A DNA stretch of 64,000 bases from Amoebophrya sp. A120. Taxonomy: Eukaryota; Protista; Dinoflagellata. Shown in pieces: positions 1-12,100 of the stretch. The stretch lies in assembly GCA_905178155.1 (NCBI GenBank), contig CAJINV010000003.1:9183979-9247978 (forward strand), in the 5' to 3' direction. The stretch's first letter is position 1, and the number at the start of each line of letters is the position of its first letter. The notes under the pieces were generated by a model, which saw only the letters and a list, made by a program, of their open reading frames with translations, was not told where the DNA came from and ran no database searches. Made by a program: the position numbers and the translations under genes.

Positions 1-180
1 GAAGATCGTTTTCGCTGCAGTGCAAGCGTGGGCTTGGAAAAGTAGCACGGGTTAGATAATCACCTCACCCATTTCCACGTTTTTCCAGGTATTATTTACC
101 ATGTGGTTTTTGCTGAAATAAACAATATGAACACAACTGTCGTACGACATGCATCTTCAGGGTCCTCACGCACATTGCAC

Positions 181-3100
181 CTAGAAGTAGGGGCCAGCCT
201 TCCGGACCTCTAGTGGGCACCTGTCGGCATACTCAACGAAGTTGGCACGAAAGAGTTCGTATCCTGAGTAAAAACGTACCCACACCATAGTCAAGATGGG
301 GAATCGGCTAGACAAATCCACAAGTTTTGGCTGTTTTGCATGACAAATTTGCATTCGTAGTGTAGTGCTGTTCGAGCTAGCTCAGCAGCATCACAGATCT
401 AGCATACCATGCTGATTGGAGCATGACAAATTGCCAAACACGACTAGAAAATGCTTCTCATGGGGCTCCGCATGAGAACCATTCTCAGCATGCAGATTTG
501 CATTACAACTATGGGGTGGGGACGTTTTTAAATACGATAGTTCGTAGAGCTTGTTCAAGGACGTGTCGTAGGCCTTGGGGTCGGACCACGACTTTCGCGG
601 ATTCAAGATCTCTATGCTGTGCAAAAGTATCGTACTCGTATTAATGCAGGTCTTGCATTACAAATTTCTTTGTCAAGGCAAATCAGCATTACAAATTTTA
701 TTTCTCATGCTGAGAAAATTTGTAATGCATTTATACGAGTACGATACTTTTGCAGTTCATAATCTCGCTGGGCACGCCCGGGATGCTTTTCGGCATCTGC
801 AGCCCAAAGAGCGGCATCTCTTCAAACTCGGTTTCCAGTATGGGGCTCTCAAACGTTACTACATTCTCAACTGTTACATGGTTTGTCATGCACGATTTGT
901 TACCACCAGGATCGCCACGATTAAGCTGCTTCGCATGACAAATATTTATCCGAAGGGCTAAACAGCATCTAAATCTGTGCCAAATCTGTAATGCAAAAGG
1001 CGCAATCTTTATCTTCCCCCTTTCACTTTCGCCGTTCTTGCATTACAAATTCATGTAACAGTTGAGAATGTAACATTTGAGAACTCCATATCCAGGATGC
1101 TCTCGTTGTGGATCGCGTTCACCAACTTTCGTGTGTGCCTGCAATATCAGCAATAGTAGGAATAAATACTTCGCACGCCTAAGTTTAAATGATCTTTCGA
1201 AATTACAAATTCGGTTGAACTATCTACAGATGGGCTCAGATATGGCAATTCTTCGTTGCACAGCTCAGACTCATTCACTGCACCGGAGGTCGAACCACCA
1301 CCTCCAGTTCCACTATGCCAATTGGTCTTGCTTTTGGTTTTGAGTGACTGACCACAGGGAAAACAATAAGGAGTGGAGAAAAAAGAAAAACTCCTGACAA
1401 CTCGAATAAAAATGGGATCGTACTTGATTTCCATGCGCTTTCCGACTCCGTAGCCGCCACCAGACCAACCCGTGTTCAACAGGTAGGCGTGACAGGTGTG
1501 CTCCTCAAGTTTCTGGGCCAGCATCTCGGCGTACACAATGGGGTGCCACACTAGGAAGGGGGCTCCGAAGCATGCACTGAAGGTGGCGGTCGGCTCCGTG
1601 ACGCCCTGCTCGGTCCCGGCCACCTTCGCGGTGTAGCCCGAGATGAAGTAGTACTGCACCTGGGCCGCGGTCAGTTTACTCACCGGAGGCAACACGCCAA
1701 ACGCGTCGCAGCACAAGAGGATGATGGAGCTTGGGTGACGGTCCACCTTGGCCGGGATCATGGCGTTGGGGATGTAATGAAGCGGATAGGCCGCCCGGGT
1801 ATTCTCCGTGATGCTGGTGTCGTAGTAGTCGATGACCCGGGTGGTATGATCGAACACCACGTTTTCTACCACCGCCCCGAACCGGATTGCGTCGAAAATT
1901 TCCGGCTCTTTTTCGCGGGAAAGGTCGATGGCCTGTAGAGAGAAAAAGAAGCCGCTCATCCTTTTTTTTATAAACTGGTAGTGCTACTGGTGTGTAGGTC
2001 ACTATATGTAAAAAGTACACTACTCATCTTAATCAACGTAGAAAAGGCCCGATGGCCGATCCACGACATTTGCACGCAGAACTGTGGCGCGGAACTTTAC
2101 GCCTTCGGATTTTCCTTTCTTCAGTTATCTCCCTACCTAAAGTTGCGCACTGCATTTTGATTTTTGTATCTACGTGGTAGATACTTGAGTAGCAGGCACG
2201 AAGCGGCCCCGCGAAGCTTCCTTCGAAAGGGTAGTAAAATCAAAAATCTGCACCTTTGCGTAGCACCCGCCCTCGATGTTGAAAACGCCAGTGTCTGTCC
2301 AGACATGCTCATCATCGCCGATGAGGTATCGGTCCGGGTCCGCAGAAAGGGTGGTCTTTCCGGTACCGGAGAGGCCAAAGAAGAAACTCACATCGCCCGA
2401 CTTCCCAACATTGCAGGTGCAATCCACTGCAAATGTATCATGTTCATTTTCCGATCGCACATACGCGCATACGCTGATTCCGACGTGTGCCGGTTGAAGC
2501 AGTGTATTTTTTTAGTTGCAGAGGATGAAAATGTCAAAAGGCTGGCAAATCTCAATGATTTATACAAATATTGCGACTTCTACACATGAGTATGATACTT
2601 TTTCAAAGGATAGGAACTGTGTAGCGGCAGTTGGCGTTGTTGCGGCATCGCATACCTGTTGATGAGTATTTGCATTCTTGCGTGATACTCAAAGTTTTGG
2701 CAGATTTTTTTCTTTTTCTTTGCGAGGATAAGGAGTCATTCAATCATATGACAAGCACTAACTTCTATCAAAAAAAGTTCAGTGCTCTCTTCACCCGCTC
2801 CAACTACTTAACACCAACTGCAAGCACGACGCTCTTCCGTGATAACGATAGAGGAATGGAATGAGCGAGACAGAGGCTGGTACAACCAACAGAAAAAAAA
2901 TCTCGGCTTACATCATGAGGGTGAGGATTCCCTTCTTCATTTCCCCAGCGTACTCAGTGCCCAGGATCACCATCTCCTTCCGGCGAAAGTGCATGCAGAC
3001 GGAGGTGGAGGAGGTCATTCCCTTCTTTTATCATACTGAAACCAGTCCCTGCTCTCAGTCCTAGATTTGCAAAATACTGGCATTCTGAGCTGGAATAGTA

Positions 3101-3499
3101 TGCTTAGAATCCTTGGGCCGTCTTCCAGAAACAGAATGAATACCCTAATAAACATTTTTTAATGCAGAGAAGTACTCCTGTAAACGCGTGGTCAAACTTG
3201 ATGTCAGGGCAACCGTGATGCGAGCGCGCTTCAAACCGCGTCGCGACTGCCATCCCGTTCCCGTGCTTGTAGAAGACTAAACATTCTAAATGTAGCGGAC
3301 GCTTTGCAAAGAAAATTTATATTTATCGCTTTTCAAGTTCTGCGAGCAGGGCGCTTTCCATTTGGATAAGGTGTAGCGGTTGGCGGGAAAGCAGCCGGCG
3401 TTGTAGATGATGAAGTCTGGGCTGCCAAACTCCTCCTTAGAGTCCGGCATGACCAGCATGTTTTGCATGAAAAGTGCGTGGTAGGCCCGAGACGTGATC

Positions 3500-3531
<32 letters not shown>

Positions 3532-4395
3532 CCCTGCGTACGCGTCCACAACGTACACTTTTTTCAGGGAGTTGAGATAGTCCACCGCACGTTCGCGGTT
3601 GATCAGAAACGATTCGTCGTCAAGCTTGATATTCACCTGTCGGTTAGTAGTTGTTCTAATTTCAATTTCTAGAACCAACGCTCCGACACACATGCAGACA
3701 TCGTACATAATGCCTAGAAGGATCATTTTTACCAACACCAGGCTGGCGCGTTCTATTGACGGCACCACTAGCGACGGCAGAAAACTATCATGTGACTCAA
3801 CTTAAGTGGAAGAACGAAACCAGAACGTACCTTTCCCCACCAGACTTCGTTTGTGAACGCCCACCAGCCGATGGGTTCATCAACAATCCGCTTGTCCGCT
3901 GGAGAGCGACCTGTCTTCGCCCCACTTGAAACAACGAGCGCTCCGGTGTTCGAGATGTAGCTACCTTCCTCTGCACGCAGCGCCTCCTCATACCTGTGAT
4001 TTGGACACCAAACATTCTTGGACTTCACCGGCGAAGTAATTGAAGACGTTTATTCAGTTTCTCCATGTACTTCATGAGCAGGTTAGAAACCGGATCCTGA
4101 AACTTGTTACTTAAACATGAAAAATATGTTACAAAATCGCCGGGGACGCGTTGTGCACGATTTGCTTGACCTTGAGCCCGGTGCTCTTGGTGAGTTCCTT
4201 TTCAAAGCGTTTCTGTGTGGAGAACTGCCCCAGGTCAAACTCGTCCTGCTTACTCATCTGAAGCGGTCCCGGGGTCCGTTCGTAGTGTGCCAAGTTCGCA
4301 TCGATCTGCATGCGCAAGGCCTCCAAAAAGTCCTTGCCCGCATCGATCTTCATCGTGCCGGAGGCACGCTTCGGCAATTCTGGAACGGCCGACAT
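181..4395 (-). CDS. PCK1: Phosphoenolpyruvate carboxykinase (ATP), multi-exon
   Basis: Motifs [95 protein letters not shown]. The C-terminus [27 protein letters not shown] is recovered only after removing three TIR inserts. ATG at 4395, stop at 181-183. Confidence 0.95.
260..539. mobile_element. TIR introner-like insert in PEPCK (280 bp), TSD GTTCG
   Basis: TATC...GATA ends; imperfect IR aaaaacgtacccacaccatagt / actatggggtggggacgttttt; GTTCG at 255-259 and 540-544; removal gives LYE-LFRANF. Confidence 0.88.
613..761. mobile_element. TIR introner-like insert in PEPCK (149 bp), TSD ATCTC
   Basis: IR tgcaaaagtatcgtactcgtat / atacgagtacgatacttttgca; TATG...CATA ends; ATCTC at 608-612 and 762-766; removal gives PSE-ILNPR. 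Confidence 0.9.
839..1090. mobile_element. TIR introner-like insert in PEPCK (252 bp), TSD TCCAG
   Basis: About 40-bp IR tatggggctctcaaac..acattctcaactgttacatg / catgtaacagttgagaatgt..tttgagaactccata; TCCAG at 834-838 and 1091-1095; removal gives SIL-ETEFEE. Confidence 0.9.
2421..2612. mobile_element. Degenerate TIR intron in PEPCK
   Basis: Eroded IR aatccactgcaaatgtatcatgttcat / atgagtatgatactttttcaaaggata lying between LPLHSS and CNVGKSG; flanks GGTGC/GGAAC are a degenerate TSD. Confidence 0.6.
3029..3368. mobile_element. Probable highly degenerate TIR intron in PEPCK
   Basis: TATC...GATA ends with residual ccctgctc/gagcaggg IR between NRYT and GMTSSTS; no GT donor visible. Confidence 0.45.
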
Positions 4396-6178
4396 CGTCC
4401 TGCTCGCGGCGCTCCACCCCTCTGTACTTAGAGTATCTATTTACTTAATTTCGATTCAGGTTCTGCAGAAAGTTGCTGCGGACCTTCTCTTCGTAGTTTA
4501 CCACGTGCAACAGACACAGCGTTGTGCTAGCGCCAGTACGGTTGCGAAGATTATCCGACTTCTCCAAACGAGCTCGATGTTCAATCGATGGCACGACTCT
4601 GCTGAAAGAGAAATCGGCACAATTGAAAGAACGAGCGCTACTCTACAAGGATAAGGAAAAAGTGCCTGACTTGGAGTAAGAAAGTAACTGGCACCACAAC
4701 TACATAAAAAAGAAAAACAGCAAGCCAGAGAGAAGAAAATAATCACTGCGGTTGATCTTGGCAGATTTTTTCTAAATGAAATCGCAGTATGTCGATTCGT
4801 AAGTGAAAAATTATTGGGTAGAGTACTGACACAGTGGATTTGAGGCGCCCAAAATGTGCTGACAAAACACGGCCGGTTGCCAAACACAAGAAACTTCACA
4901 AGGCTTTTATAGGTGCAGGCTTCTATGCAAGATATAGTTTTGAATCGAGAGAAGTGGCTCAACAACGCACTCTGCGTGTGTGCCTCTGTCAGTCTGGGCT
5001 ACAGCAGGGGAGTTGTCAATCACTACGCTGACACTTTTCTTCCTGAAGAGGTTGGTTTCGGACAAGATGAAAGTTGAATTATGAGCCGCTGCGGACGACA
5101 ATAAGACTAAAACAGATATCAAGCAATCAATGTCTATTTGCACAACCTCAGACTATATTCAATTCCATACAGCTGTTGCTGTAGGTGCATAGATATTGAT
5201 ATCGCAAGAGCCAAAAAAGTGCAGGTGTTGACACACTGCACTACTTCTATGTTTACACACTTAACAATATTCAAAATGAATCGATACAATTCTCATGCCA
5301 ATATGCTTACACAAGTCACCGCCCCTAGGGTGACCATCCGACTGTGAATTGCTAGTCAATTCCCTCCAAAAAAAGATCTAGAAGTATCTGTATAAATATT
5401 TCAGTTTTTCTTGTTTTTCTTTTTCATTCAACTTTCTTTTTCAGACGCTCAGCCGCTCATGCTCACGCTTTTTCCGATACGTTTTCGCTCAGAATCTGAC
5501 TTTTTCACACTCACATGCAAGGGCATGATACAAAGCTGACCCTGGATAGGCTTGCCATGCTCATGCGCTCCCCCTCGTAGGCAAAGTGAAAACGAGACCG
5601 AGTCTTTGCGTCATACTTTCGTATATCGAAATGGTAGAGAACAATTTACTTAAAAGCTGCATTAGAATCAGCAACGTGACACGTCGTCATGCGCGCAATA
5701 ATGCAGGCTTGAAAGTGAATCTGCAGTTTGCATTTTCTCTAGGCCTTTTGCTGTATTGCCGCACACGCCGGCATAGCATCTCTCGCTTGCGTTTTGCTTG
5801 TTCTTTTACGGAGCGCGTGCACAACCACATACAGAGCATTAAATTGAATATAAAACACACCGACAGCGCAACACTCGCACTACATGTTTATCATCTATGA
5901 ATGGACAAAATAACAAACAGCCGCCAGCTTTTTGCGCTCGCGAAAACGGCTAAGTTGGGCAAACCAAGTCCAAAACGCAATAAAAACAAATTGATTCGCA
6001 TTATTTTCACATGTGTACTGCAAATTAGACTCCAAGAAATCACATGGGCTGGAACGTTTGTAACCTCAGTGCTGCGAGCTACTTTCTTAAATCTTGTGAG
6101 TTTGAGAAGAAGAGCATGAACATATTCAAGCTGCCCTGCGGCGATGATAGATACTTACCACAACCATCGACTCTAGTC

Positions 6179-9100
6179 CTAAAGCGTAACAGTGTTTGTT
6201 GCTTCTGTGAGCATGATTTGGAGCAGGGCTGCAGCTTTCCGCGGGCTCAGTTGGACGAGGTCGGCGAGTGACAGTGAACTCTTTCCCGAGGCTGGCACGT
6301 TTATCGGGAGAACCGATCCTCCTTTAGAGAAGAGCAAGTGGTCCGCGGCTTCGGGACCCGCTCCTGTGGTCCGGACTGACGAGGAAGAAGCCATAGCCAG
6401 CCCTTGGTAAGGATCTGCTGCGGTGTCCATCGACTTGTTCTTTCGGTTGTACCAGTCGCCGGAGGTGGCAACATGTGCGGCCCCGTCTGCCTTGCGTTGA
6501 CTTTGATCTACCTCGCGAAGCAAGCGGGCCGCCCCCTGCAGACAGTCCATATCAAATGCAAAAATGTCTGGGTCTGGAAGATTCTAAACTTGTAATGCTG
6601 TCTCTGGATCCTAAAAAATTTGTATTGCATGACCAGCAAGGGGACTCCAGTTTGTGCTACGCGGAGAGGGCATTTCTCATGCGGTAGAGGCATTGCAAAG
6701 TCCTCTAAAAATCTGTGATGCTAGGGCATGCATCACAGACATCATGGGCCATTCAAAATATGCATGACAAACCTGGCAATCTTCCAGACCCAGACATTTT
6801 TGCATTTGATAGTCCAAAACTGGGAACAATTTTCGCTGGTCATTCGCAATGGCTATTGTGAGGAAAAATCCCCCCTCCCCATATCAAAAGGAAGTCCCTG
6901 ATGCTGGGTTTGCGTATACAAATCCGGTCTGTCTTGCAGTAGAGGACAGCAGGCTCCTGCCAAGCCTGAGTAGAGAGCTTTTGGCCTAGGCGCTTAGCAT
7001 GGCAAACGTTTATGCTGTAGGCCCAACAGCATCACGAACCGCCTGCATAATGCGGCAGAGCCTGTGGAGTTGTCTTCTTGGAAGACAGACGTGATTTGTG
7101 GTCTCAAATCAGCAAGACAAATTTTCGGAAACATACCTTCTCGATATGGGGAGGGGGGATTTTTCCTCTCAGTAATGGCTCGCTGGAACTCAGTGCACAT
7201 TCGCCCGACTTCCTGCAGTTTCTCGAAGGGCGCTCGCCGAGCAGTCACCAGCATTCGACTCAAGAAGTCATATGCGAACTGAATCGGACCCGCATTGATG
7301 TACGACCGCTCGATGGGAGGAGGCATATTTCGGCTCGACAAAAGTTCTCCATCTGAAAAGAGAAAAATTCAAATGCATCTAAGCGTCAAACTATTGGTAC
7401 GAATTGCCATTGCGCACCAGCAGCATTGTAGTAAGTAAATTCATCACATGCGTAGACCTAAAGACACGGTGCCAGTACAAAATCACAATCTTTCTCAGCT
7501 ATCTCGATCGACGCCAGCGCATACTACTTACACGGCTCGCATCATCAACTTTCTGCGAACAAATTCTACCGACGGCGTAAGCGTTTTCAACCCAAAAGTT
7601 GCTAGAAAGAGAAAGCCCTTCAAACAATAGAAATAGATGAAAGTTCAATCGTACAGATGCTGCCCTGCTGGTTGGCGGACGGCATGTAGACTTCTTTTCT
7701 AGCGACCACGTGATCCTGGGTAGCCGCGGGCACAACCCCGTTCTGTAAGCATACCATGGAGGTGAACGGTATTCCGCCTACGGTCCACTGTGACGGAGGC
7801 TCGCATAAGTTTCCTGCATGCACCAGGTACCCAGTCTTGCCTGCGTCCTGCAGGACTCCTGCGGCAAATCCCATAACGGTATCGACTCAAAACCTTAGCT
7901 TCATGGCCTAATTTGTATGTCTATGTCTAAGTCTATGTCTCATCAATACTAAGTATTTCATTTTCGAGAACACGGTAGGTGTTGCAGTCGCGGAAACGCA
8001 GAAAAATAGCAAAAAAATTGAACTTCGTTGCTGCAGCTGCATCCGCAACAAGAAGATCAAGGAGCAACTACATCGCCACTACATAATTATAATCAAAATA
8101 TAGTGCCGCCACAATCAATGTCAGCCATGCAAGGATAATATGGATAGGACCGGAGAGTAATAAAAAATGGAGCTGAGGCTTCCGTCGTCGATAAGTGTAG
8201 GCTAAGTTACAGTCGAAGTTGGTAGGCATGCCTGACCTGGCTTGATAGACCAAGGTGTGCGGCACTGTTTCGAAGTGGCCCTTGAAGAGATCCAGCTTCC
8301 GGCGCCGCTCAATTTCCATCCCCACCAACGTAGCTAGCAGCACCTCTGTGGACACGTTGTTCAGGTCGATCACACCGGTGCTTGGGGAAACATTGCTACA
8401 CAGCTCCTCCTGCACGGTTCGCGGGAAGGCTTGAAACAGGGCCCGAGACCACGTCTTGAGATGGTTGAGCAATTCGTTTCGCTCCTGCGCGGCGCCCGAA
8501 GCTCCGCCGAGTGCCGCCGCTGTCGCGGTCGTTGTGGGATTAGAAGTCGTCGCGGAAAAAGCTGCAGCTGCACTCGATGTCGTACTATGTTGCGATGGTC
8601 CGGAGACGCCACTCTCCGCCGCCTGTCCGAAATTCGACGCACCGTCCGCGGACGAGAGCGATGTGCTGACCTGGATCTGGCGCAGAATGCCTTCGATTTC
8701 CTCGAGGAGGTGCCTCGTTTGCGGCACGGACCGGAGCAACGCCGACGGTAACAAGACGATGCCAAAGTGCAGATTGCGGCTCGCCCGGGCCACGATGACA
8801 TCGCAGATCATCCGGGTGAGATCTAGGAGCGACAGTCGTTTGTGCGCCATCTCTTCCGAAAGCAGCACCAAGTTCGGGTGGCAGAGCAACGCAGTTTCCA
8901 GCGTGACGTGGCTCAGAGCCTGTGACTCCCCCTTAACGCGCACGAAGAACCACTGCTTGCGCGAGGTGGCGGCCTCGCACCACAGGCTCCCGGCGATAGA
9001 CGCGAACACCTTCGTCACAGTGTCGAAGCCGATGCTCTGCTGAATGAAGGGGAAGTCGTTGTCCGAGGCCACGGGGATCCCAAGTACCCGAATGTGGGCC

Positions 9101-12100
9101 AGCCTTGTATGGAACTGGGAGCTTCCTCAAGTGCTACTGTTACATGGTGCTCAACTGTTTCTGTTACTGACAACAAGATAGAACTGCTTTGTCTAAACTC
9201 GTGTCACGTCAGACTCAGAAGAACAACAGAAACAAGTCAAAAAATGAAACAGAAAGGATGACGGCAAGCATCAAGATCAGGCTGTGGCTATCGAGTTCTT
9301 GTGCGTGATCTTTGTTATCTTTTCACCTATTTGTGACCCTCCGCACCGTATTTCAAACAGACACGGCGCCCGCTCTTCGTTAGCGCTGCTATACTTGCAA
9401 ACACCCAACACACAGCGAGGCTGTGGAGGCACGGCGTCACGAGGCCCTCCTGAGCAGTCGCGACATCAAGTGGCGAGCGTTGGAGGAGAAGAGCGCGCCG
9501 GAAATTGGAGCCTTGGCAGGCCGGCTCTTGCGTGGGCTCGCTAGAGTTGTAGCAACAAGAGGGCGCGCACAAGGCGGGCAACACAGAGCGAGTACACTAC
9601 GGCGATAGGAGTACCTGGGCGGCGCCTTTGTATCGAGCCGGGCGCTGTGTGTACTACGTGAAGAGTGGCGCCCTTTTCCAACAACCACCAGCATGCCCCG
9701 CTGAGCGAGCCAGCGCTGTTCTTTGGGCTTCTCAAAATTGTCCGGCGCCATGAAGAAGATGCAAACCAGAATCATCGTCCTTGAGACTTTACACCATACA
9801 TAAAGATAAATCGCTACGCACAATATAGCACGCAGTTGAGGACATTAACGACTGCACAGGCCGTACTCCTCATCGGCGAGACAGGCCTCCGCCAGCAGCG
9901 CTGTATCAAGCTGGGACTTCAGATTCCCCACCACCACGAGCGCATCCAGCTGAAACCTCCGAAGGGTCTGCAAAGCATCCGAGTAGTCTTCGTCGGTTTC
10001 TGTGAAGTTTCTTTTTATTTAATCTACTTGCTTAGCTGTGTCAAGTGGTCGTCTGTGCGCACATTGATTTCCATTGGTTTATTTGCTGCTGATTGAAACT
10101 GTTTCGACGATATCGAGGAACTCGTCTCAGCAATGCATGGCCGTAGCGCAGCAAGTGGAGCAGGAAGGAGCATTTCTATTATTCACATTTTGAATCGTCA
10201 ATCTGTAATTCATCTCTGTCAGATGAAGATGGGATCAACATCATGTCAATGAATTGTATGTATTCTTGTACGCAGCGTGTGTCCGAATTCGCAGAGCAAT
10301 TCTTGTCCGCCAAGGTTCCGGACCGAGGCGATCTTCTGTGCGTCCAAGCTCCGAACCCAACCGTTCTTCAGGCCGACCCAGCCGCCGACGAATCCAACGA
10401 GCCGGCCCGGGGGGTCCATAGACGATACGTAGTCGAACAGTCCGGCGACCACGGAATGGAAACCCGGCGCCTGGTGACTTCCAAACATCACCCCGATACT
10501 CACGGGCGTAGAGTTCGCCACCTATCAAGTTGAGAAACCGAGACATCTTCTTGATCCAGTCAAAACCCACGAGCACCCAGGAGCCTCGGCAAGTAATTTT
10601 TTATCGTATGTAATGCAATTTCATCACGAAGTACAGTTGCGATGCGCAGGCCCTCTTCTGGTCGTGATACCCGTTTTGCTCAACATTTCCAATTTAGGCG
10701 AGCAACTGTAATAGCAAATACAAATTTACATACAGTACGCCAATCACGATCAGAATCAGCGCATTGCCATTACATTTTGGAAAGAGTCTCCTGCATCTCC
10801 TGGATCTGAGGTTTCACTAAGATGTAATCTGCAATTCACTTTCATACCAGCGTGTGCTGCTTCACGAGCTGCGACATTTCTGTTTGCATTTGGGTTGCGA
10901 GATTAGCGGCTCTTATCATGTCAAATGACCACAGTCAGGCTTTCTTTCTATTTCATCGGGATTTTTCGGTAACGCGAAGGTCAAGCACCTTTTCCAAAAA
11001 TGAATCGAACGCACAAAAAAGCACTTGGCTCATTACTCTTAGAAAACCTTTGTAATTCTCGTTTTCCAGGGCGCCCGAGAGATTTCTTTGCTGAAGATTC
11101 CGAGGGGTCCTTCCGACAAGTTCTGCGCCAATTCCAGTGGGAGTCTCCTGCGCTCCAAACAAAGGGTGCAGCTGGTGCACATCGACCGCAGAAGAGGCGG
11201 ATAGATTACGCGAGAGTTCATGTGCATGAAGAAGTGTGGGGCTGCTTGGCTGTTCTGCGTAGTCCTGCAACGCGCTAAAGTTCTTCGCGATTTGCGGCGG
11301 GGGATACTGGTTCACTACATTGGGATCCCGACTGCGAGGCAGGGCAGCTTTGGACCCCAGCAGTCGCAAAACACCATGGCGCTCGCGCTCGGCCAGCGCC
11401 CGTTGTGAGGGAGAACTTCCGGACGTAGATGCGCCGCCGATCGGCTGAAGGAGCTGACCGTCGTGGCTGGGAGTGCGCGGTTGATGCAACGCATCAACAA
11501 CGCCGAACCCTGCACTAGTCCCGTCGACACTGACGGGCGGCCGGGCGACAGGCGCAGACGTCCGGTGGTCCCTCGGCACTGCTACTTTCGAATCTGCGTC
11601 GGCCCCAGCAGCTGAAGGATCTACAAAAGGCACGTTGGATGCCGTCGATGCCTCGATATGACCTCCGCTGTTTACGTGCCTCATAATAGCAGGAGCCTGG
11701 CTAGCTGCGAGCGCCGAATCGGGCAACTCAACATCCCGCCTGGCGAAGGCTGCCTCTACCGTTGTCGAGGGGGGCGCGGCGAGCCCGTCGGCGGCCGTCC
11801 GGTTCCACAGCGTTTCCGAGTCCGCAATTTCGTCCGGGTCTGCCTTCGCGAGCAGGTGTTCCTCCGCTTCGTCGTAGGTCAAAGGGGGCTTTACCGGGTG
11901 AATCGCGATCGCGGGGAGGTGCGCCGTAAGCGGAAGGGCCGCCTCCACCTGGAAAGACATGCGAGCAGTGATCATCTCCTCCACTACTTGCATCGGCTGT
12001 TTCAAAACGTCCGGCAACTCCGGTTCGTACCGCACTCGTTCCTGCTCTAGCGGAGACAAGCAATCGAACCCCCGCACCGAGACGGACACTAGAGGCTGAC

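Noticed and set aside
181-4395. PEPCK as a fragmented pseudogene
   Set aside because: The core motifs are intact and nearly every break resolves as a GT-AG intron or a precise TIR insert
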